Assembly: GCA_963669175.1 (NCBI GenBank)
Contig: OY769902.1
Location: 4,384,001 to 4,448,000, forward strand
Direction of reading: 5' to 3'
From: a bacterium
GTDB lineage: Bacteria; Electryoneota; Electryoneia; Electryoneales; Electryoneaceae
Length of the DNA: 64,000 nt
Within the stretch, counting starts at the first letter, position 1. Every line of letters starts with the position of its first letter. Made by a program: the position numbers and the translations under genes. Shown one piece after another: positions 15,401 to 24,400 of the stretch. The notes under the pieces are model-generated. The model was not told the origin of the DNA, did no database searches, and saw only the letters and a program-made list of their open reading frames with translations.

Positions 15401-18400
15401 AGCCGGGTTTGCAAGCGTGAAGGGTAACGGCGCTTCCTCTACATAAATGCTGAAGCTCCAGGTCTGGCTTGCCGGGGTTACGTTCCCGTTCGGGTCTTTG
15501 GCCCGTACAGTCCACCAGTACTGGGTATTGTCGCTGCCGTTAAAAGTGTATGTCGTGCCCGCCAGATCGCTGGCAACCGGAGTTCCCAGGTTACCGGCAT
15601 CGGTGCTGACATAAACATCATACGTCACCGCATCGCCATCCGGGTCAGTCGTAGCATTCCAGGTCAGGGCAACAGAAGCGGTGCCGGAAACAGTGCCGTT
15701 TGTCGGGGTCAGCAGGCTGAATGCTGCCGGCGCCTGCTCAATATAAATGCTGAAGCTCCAGGTTTGTGTCGCCTGGGTTTCGTTGCCGTTATCATCCTTT
15801 GCACGCACTGTCCAGTAATACGTCTCGTCGTCAGTTCCGGTGAAGTCATAACTGGTAACGGACAGGTCGCTGGCTACCGGGGTGCCCAGGTTGCCCGCAT
15901 CGGTGCTGACATACAGGTCATAGGTTACCGGATCGCCATCGGGATCTGTGGTGGAATTCCAGTGCAGGGTTACGGTAGCATTGCCGGATACCGTACCATC
16001 AGCCGGACTACTCAGGCTGAAGGCATTTGGCGACTGTTCAACATAAATACTGAAGTTCCAGGTCTGGTTGGCCTGGGTTTCATTGCCGTTAGGGTCTTTG
16101 GCGCGAATGGTCCAGTAATACGTTTGGTCATCGCTACCGGAGAAGGTGTATGTCGTTACGTTTAAGTCACTGGCAACCGGGCTGCCCAGGTTACCCGCAT
16201 CGGTTGAAACATACACATCATAGGTAACCGCATCGCCATCCGGATCGGTGGTCGCGTTCCAGGTCAAGACAACATCTGTCGCACCTGCAACTGAACCAGT
16301 TGCCGGACTGGTCAAGTCAAAGGCCAGCGGTGCCTGTTCCACGTAGACACTGAAGCTCCAGGTCTGGTTGGCCGGAGTTTCGTTGCCGTTATCATCCTTT
16401 GCGCGAACCGTCCAGTAATACGTCTCGTCATCGGTCCCGGTGAAGTCATAGCTGGTAACCGACAGATCACTGGCTACCGGGGCGCCGAGGTTGCCTGCAT
16501 CCGTGCTGACATACAGGTCATAGGTGATCGGATCGCCATCAGGATCGGTGGAGGTTCCCCAGCTCAGGGTTACGGTTGAACTCCCGGAAACAGCGCCATT
16601 CGCGGGGCTGGTCAGGTTGAACGCAGTCGGGGCTTCTTCCACATAGATGCTGAAGCTCCAGGTCTGGTTGGCAGCCGTCTCGTTCCCGTTGGTATCCTTG
16701 GCCCGAATCGTCCACCAGTACTGTGTATCATCATTGCCGTTAAAGGTATATGTCGTGGTATTCAGGTCACTGGCGACCGGGGCGCCGAGGTTGCCCGCAT
16801 CCGTGCTGACATACACATCGTAGGTAACCACATCGCCATCGGGATCGGTGGTGGCGTTCCACTGCAAGTCCACAGCGGTTGCAGGAGATACTGTACCATT
16901 GGCTGGACTGGTCAGGTCAAAGGCTAACGGCGATTCTTCGATATAAATGTCGAAGCTCCAGGTCTGTGTCGCTTGGGTTTCATTGCCGTTGGTATCCTTG
17001 GCTCGTACCGTCCAGTAATAGGTCTGGTTATCCGCTCCGGTGAAGTTGAATGTCCTGATACTCAGGTCTGCGGCAACCGGAGTTCCCAGGTTACCGGCGT
17101 CGGCGCTGACGTAAACATCGTAGGTAACCGCATCCCCATCAGGATCAATCGAAGCTGCCCAGTTCAGGGAAACTGTTGTCGAGGTTAGCGTAGAAGCATT
17201 GGCCGGGCTGGTAAGGCTGAATGCGCCCGGGGCTTCCTCCACATAGATATCAAAAGACCATGTCTGGTTGGCGTCTGTCGCGTTTCCGTTGGGGTCTTTC
17301 GCCTGTACAGTCCAATAATAGGTTGTGTTGTCACTTCCGGTGAAATCCCAGGTCGTTGCTGGCAGGTCCGAAGCGACCGGCGTTCCCATGTTGCCTGCAT
17401 CTGTGCTGACATACACATCATAGGTTACCGCATCGCCATCCGGGTCAGTTGAGGCATTCCATGCCAGCAATACAGTTGTCGATCCCTGTGTACTGCCATT
17501 TGCCGGGCTGCTCAGATCAAATGCCGAAGGGGATTCCTCAACATAGATACTGAAGCTCCAGGTCTGGTTGGCTGGCGTCTCGTTGCCGTTGGGATCCTTG
17601 GCCCGAACCGTCCAGTAGTAGGTCTGGTCATCTATCCCGGTATAGTTGTAGGTCAGAACAGTCAGATCACTGGCGACCGGTGTCCCCAGATTACCTGCAT
17701 CGGTACTGACATAAACGTCGTAGGTAATCGCATCGCCGTCGGGATCTGTGGTTGCATTCCATACCAGCGATACGGTGGTTGTGTTGGAAACTGTAGCATT
17801 GGCCGGGCTGCTCAGATCGAAAGCGATTGGCGATTCTTCCACATAGATGGAAAATGACCAGGTTTCACTGGCCGGCGTCTCGTTACCGTTGGTATCCTTT
17901 GCACGGACAGTCCAATAGTAGGTCTCGTCATCCGTCCCAGTGAAATCATAAGTCAGAACGGTCAAATCGCTGGCAACCGGGCTGCCGAGGTTACCCGCAT
18001 CGGTACTTACATAAAGATCATAGGTAACATCATCCCCGTCCGGGTCAGTGGTTGCGTTCCAGGTCAAGGTTACGGTTGTTGTCGCAGATACGGTTCCATC
18101 AGCAGGACTGGCAAGATTGAACGCAGCCGGCGCTTCTTCCACATAGATGTCGAAGCTCCAGGTCTGGTTCGCCGGAACATCGTTGCCGTTGCCGTCTTTG
18201 GCATGAATGGTCCAGTAATAGGTCGTGTTGTCACTACCTGAGAAGTCGTAGGTCAAGACATTCAGGTCTGTGGCAACCGCGGTTCCCATGTTCCCCGCAT
18301 CGGTGCTGACATACACATCGTAAACAACCGCATCACCGTCCGGGTCGGTTGAAGCGTTCCAGGTCAGGGTTACGGTTGTCGTTGCCTGCGTGGTTCCGTC

Positions 18401-21400
18401 GGCCGGGCTGCTCAAGTCAAATGCTGACGGCGCTTCTTCGATATAGATGGAAAAATCCCAGGTCTGGCTGGCTGCTGTTTCGTTGCCGTTCGTATCCTTT
18501 GCGTGGACTGTCCAGTAATAAGTTTCGTCATCCACACCGGTGAAATCCCAGGTCAGGACTGTCAAATCACTGGCGACCGGACTGCCAAGATTACCAGCAT
18601 CGGTGCTGACGTAAACATCGTACGTTACATCATCACCATCCGGCTCAATTGACGCTTCCCAGGTCAGGGTTACGGTTGTTGATGACGCAACATTGCCATC
18701 TGCCGGGCTGGTCAGGTTAAATGCGCCTGGTGACTCTTCTACATAAATACTGAAGCTCCAGGTCTGAGTTGCCTGGGTTTCGTTGCCGTTGGTGTCCTTG
18801 GCACGAATGGTCCAGTAATAGGTTGAGTCGTCAAGACCGGTAAAGGTGTAGACAGTTACATTCAAATCGCTGGCTACCGGGCTGCCCAGGTTGCCTGCAT
18901 CGGTACTGACATATACATCATACGTGATGTTGTCGCCATCAGGATCGGAAGTGCTTTGCCAGCTCAGTTCAACCGTGGTTGTTGCGGAAACGGTGCCATT
19001 TGCAGGAGAAACCAGGCCGAAGGCGTTCGGGGCTTCTTCCACATAGGTGTCGAAGCTCCAAGTCTGGTCGGCCTGACGTTCGTTGCCGTTTTCATCTTTG
19101 GCCCGAATCGTCCAGTAATAGGTCTGATCGTCAGTCCCGGTGAAATCCCAGGTCAGGACAGACAGGTCACTGGCAACCGGAGTTCCGAGGTTACCGGCAT
19201 CGGCGCTGACATAGACATCGTAGGTGACTGCCTGTCCTTCAGGATCAGTTGTCGAGTTCCAGACTAGTGAGACTGTAGTTGAAGGACTGACCGTACCATC
19301 CGCTGGCGAATCAAGGCTGAATGCAATCGGCGGATCATCGTATGAGATAGCAAAGGACCAGGTCTGGTTCGCCGGGGTCTCGTTGCCGTTAGGATCTTTA
19401 GCCCGGATGGTCCAATAATAGGTCGTGTTGTCGTTACCGGTAAAGTCGTAGGTCAACACGGTCAAATCGCTGGCTACCGGTGTGCCAAGGTTACCCGCAT
19501 CGGTGCTGACATACACATCATAGGTCACCGCATCGCCATCGGGATCGGTTGAAGCATTCCAGGTCAATGTTGTTGTCAGTGATGTAGATGTGGCGCCGTT
19601 GGAAGGTGTGGCAAGATCAAACGCACCTGGCGCTTCCTCTACATAAATATCAAAGCTCCAGGTCTGTCCCGCCTGGGTCTCGTTCCCTGCCGGATCTTTG
19701 GCACGTACTGTCCAATAATAAGTTGTGTTGTCACTTCCGGTGAAATCATAAGTGGTCGCTGCCTGGTCACTGGAAACCGGTGAACCAAGATTTCCCGCAT
19801 CGGTGCTGACATACACATCATAGGTAATCGCCTGTCCTTCCGGATCGGTCGCAGCATTCCAGGTCAGGGAGACAGTAGCCGCTCCCTGGGTTGATCCATC
19901 AGCGGGGCTGGCGAGACTGAAGGCGTTAGGCGCATCATCGACAAAGATGTCAAACGACCAGGTCTGGTTCGCAGGGGTCTCGTTGCCATTTGGGTCTTTA
20001 GCCCGGATGGTCCAGTAATAGGTTGTGTTATCGCTGCCGGTGAAATCATATGTCGTAGCGGAAAGATCACTGGCGACCGGTGTGCCAAGGTTGCCCGCAT
20101 CCGTGCTGACATAGACATCGTAGGTGACCGCATCACCATCAGGATCAACCGATGCATCCCAGGCAAGGGATACCGTTGCTGCGGGTTCCACATTGCCGTT
20201 GGCAGGGCTGCTCAGGTCAAACGCACCCGGCGCTTCTTCCACATAAATGCTGAAGCTCCAGGTCTGGTTGGCAACCGTTTCACCACCATCCGGGTCCAGC
20301 GCATGGATGGTCCAGTAGTACTGCGTATCATCAACACCGTTGAAGGTGTAAGATGTAGCGTTCAGACCGGTCGCTACCGAAGCGCCGAGATTCCCGGCGT
20401 CTGTGCTGACATACACATCATAGGTAATCGCTCCGCCATCAGGATCAGTCGTCGCATCCCACTGGAGGTTCACGGATGTTGTCGGTGAAACAGTTCCATC
20501 TGCCGGGCTGCTCAGGTCAAAGGCATCAGGCGGTGGTTCGTAGCTGATGGTAAAGGACCAGGTCTGGCTGGCAGTCGTTGTGTTGCCAACAGCATCGCGA
20601 GCATCGACAGTCCAGTAGTAGGTCTGTCCATCAACGCCTGTATGGGTATAAGTTGTGTTTGTTATTCCTGTTGCTACCTGTGCAAGGTTGAAGATCTGTG
20701 TACCGACGAACACATCATAGACCACATTGTCACCCGGGTCGGGATCAATCGATGCTTCCCAACTCAAAGGCACATCAAGCGTATAGACTGTTTCAGTATT
20801 AGTCGGATCGAGGAGGTTAAACGCTCCCGGCACTTCCTGAATGAAGATGCTGAATTTCCATGTCTGGTTCGCCTGGGTTGAATTGCCATTATCATCAAAG
20901 GCAATGACAGTCCACCAATAGGCTGTGCCATCTGTGCCAGTATAGTTGTACTGGGTAGCGCTGATATCGTCCGCCACCAGTGTCCCCAGGTCGCCCTGTA
21001 CAGTTGAGACATACAGATCGTAAACAACCGGATCACCATCCGGGTCTGTTGTTGCGGCCCAATCGAGCAAGACAGTAGTCGAAGCGTTTGAAATGTAGAA
21101 ATCTGCAGGTGAAACCAGGTCAAAAGCGTTTGGCGGAAATTCTTCATCTGTCGAGAAACTCCAGGTCTGGTTCGCCTGGGTTTCATTGCTACCATCCTTG
21201 GCGCGAATCGTCCAGTAGTAGGTCGCGTTATCCGCGCCGGCAAAAGTATAACTTGTCCCGGACAAATCCGTTGCCACCGGCGCACCGAGGTTACCCGCAT
21301 CCGTGCTGGCATAGACATCATAGGTAATGGCTTCGCCATCGAGATCGGTTGTGCTTTCCCATGTCAGGTTTACTACCAGCGTGCTGGAGACAAAACCATT

Positions 21401-24400
21401 GGCAGGCGTCAACAGGTTGAATGCGTTCGGCGCATAGTCAACATCAATACCAAAACTCCAGGTCGAATTCGCCTGGGTCTGGTTGCCATTGGTATCCTTA
21501 GCGTAAACGGTCCAGTAATAGGTGGTCAGGTCGGTTCCGTTGAACACATAGCTGTTCGCGGAAAGATCGCTGGCGACCGGAGTTCCCAGGTTACCCGCAT
21601 CCGTGCTGACATAAACATCATAGGTTACATCATCGCCATCGGGATCTGTGGTGGCGTTCCACTGCAACGTAACGGCAGTAGCACCTTCAGTACTCCCATC
21701 GGCAGGTGATGTCAGTTCGAAAGCGGCCGGATTTTCTTCCACATAAATCGAGAAGGTCCAGGTTTGTGAAGCCTGGGTTTCGTTCCCGTTACCATCATAG
21801 GCCCTGACCGTCCACCAGTACTGGGTATCATCCAACCCGGTGAAGACATTGGATGTTCCTGACAAGCCACTGGCGACAGGAGCGCCCAGGTTACCGGCAT
21901 CGGTTGACACGTACAGGTTATACGTGATCGGTCCGCCCTCGGGATCTGTAGCAGCACCCCAGGTCAGGGTTACAGACGACGTTCCGGAAACGGTCCCGGT
22001 TGCAGGGCTGGAGAGATCAAACGCCGTTGGCGGATCATCCAGTGAGATGGAGAATGACCAGGTCTGGTTCGCTGCAGTCTCGTTTCCGTTGCCATCATCA
22101 GCACGAACCGTCCAGTAATACGTCTGTCCATCACTACCGGAATAGGTATAGTTATTGACGTTAATACCCGATGCAACCGGAACACCCAAATCAAACGCAT
22201 CCAGACTGACGTAGACATCATAGGTTACCGGGTCGCCATCGGGATCTGTGGTCGCTTCCCATGTCAGGTTGACATCGCTGCTGGTTTCTGTTGCGCCATC
22301 AGCCGGACCGGTCAGGTTGAACGCGAGCGGTGCGTTGTTGACACTGATAGTAAATGACCAGGTCTGAGAAGCCTGGGTTTCGTGCCCATCAATATCTACC
22401 GCACGAACAGTCCAGTAATACGTAGTGTTGTTTACACCGGTAAAGGCGAAACTGGTCCCGCCCAGTCCCGTAGCATCGGGTGATCCCAGGTTTCCCGCAT
22501 CGGTGCTGACATATACATCATAGGTAACTACATCACCCGGATCCGGGTCCGTTGTCGCTATCCAGCTCAGATTGACAATATTGCTTGCTGAGGTAAAGCC
22601 ATTTGCAGGCAGTTCAAGGTTGAACGGGTTGGGCGGTTGCCCAATATTGATCGAAAATGACCAGGTCTGAGATGCTGGTGTTTCGTTGCCGTTCGGATCT
22701 TTTGCGCGAACTGTCCAATAATAGGTCTGATCATCAATGCCGGGGAACGTATAGTTGGTTGCATTTACATCGGTAGCAACCGGGAGTCCCAGGTTTCCGG
22801 CGTTTGTGCTTACATAAACATCATAAACAACGGCATCGCCATCGGGGTCCGTTGAGGCTTGCCATGTCAAGCTGACCGATGCGGCCGTAGCGACTGCGCC
22901 GTTTGCAGGCGTGAGCAGGTTGAAAGCGCCCGGGGGATCCTCTACATCAATACTGAAGCTCCAGGTCTGGTTGGCCATCGTGGTATTGTTTGAAGGATCA
23001 CGTGCGCGAACACTCCAGTAATAGGTCTGGTCATCCGTACCGTTATAGGTATAACTCAACAACGTCATACCGGACACAACCGGTGTCCCCAGGTTGCCCG
23101 CATCTGTGCTGACGTAAACATCATAGACCAGCGCATCGCCATCCGGGTCCGTAGCAGCGTTCCACGTCAGCGTTACCGCAGTTGCATTCGAGACAGTCCC
23201 GTTGGCAGGGCTGGCCAGGTCAAAAGCATTCGGGGCATCTTCAATATCCAGCCTGAACCACCAGGTCTGGTTAGCCATGGTTGTGAGGCCATGATTGTCT
23301 ACCGCCTCAATAGTCCACCAGTACTGGGTGTCGTCTGCGCCGTTATAAGTGTACGTCGTACCTGATACACCAGTAGCAACCGGGCTTCCCAGGTTTCCTG
23401 CATTCGTACTCACATAGATGTTGTAGGTAATGACATCATCTGGGTCGGGATCTGTGGCAGCATCCCAGGTAAGGGCGACTCCGCTTGCGTTTGACGTTGT
23501 TCCGTTGACCGGGCTGCTAAGATCAAACACATTCGGGTTTTCAAAGGTGTAAATATGAAAACTGTACCCTGTATCGCCCGGGTCCGCCCACACTTCGTTG
23601 TTAAACGCATCCCGGGATTTTACCCGCCAGTAGTAGGTCGTATTGTCGGAAAGTCCTGTAATCGTATAAAATGTATCAGAGACAGTTACTGAGGACGAGG
23701 CAGAAAAGTCCGAGTTTACAGACCATTCCAGATCATAGCGGACGTAGTCGTTAGCGTCCGTATCTGTGGATTCTGTCCAGTTTACCAGGACACTTGTTGT
23801 GTTGACAGTATCCGTGTTACCTGGTGTTTGCAATGCGAATGCAGTTGGATTGTTGGGCAGGTAAGCATAAATATCTCCCAATAGCGCGCGAATATGCAGG
23901 TCACGGTTCAGGTTGCTCCAGGTGCCGTTGTTCTGCTCGGATCGATTAGCCACTCCGGGATTGTCTGCCAGGATGTAAGGCCGATCGGAACGATACCTGA
24001 ACCCGGCGTGAAAATCGGTGGTAACCATCAGGTTATAGGGAACCATATCAACACGGGTAACCGCATACGGTGTTGACAGCGTATTCTCAGGATACACTGG
24101 GATATCTGGGGTTAATTGATTGTTCGGCCAACCGCCACTGTTATCCCAGATCATACAGTCTACAGAATCGATGTGCCGGTTCGCATCACGATAGAATCCA
24201 TAGAGGATCGCTGCGATATAGACATCCGCAGCGCCGGAAGGGGTGAATTGAACTGCGTATTCCTGGCCCCCATTAAGGTTTACAATAACATCGTTATCAT
24301 TGACTCCATCATCATACGTAAGCATGGTACCACAATAGTACTGCCACGGCCCATAGGTAGAGATATTTTGGGGCGTCCATCCATCGCCTGCTTCGATCCA

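Noticed and set aside
1-23550. Regular repeats as a CRISPR array or DGR template/variable repeats
   Set aside because: The period is a multiple of 3 with codon-type divergence, there are no identical short repeats with unique spacers, and no cas or reverse transcriptase gene is present in the window.
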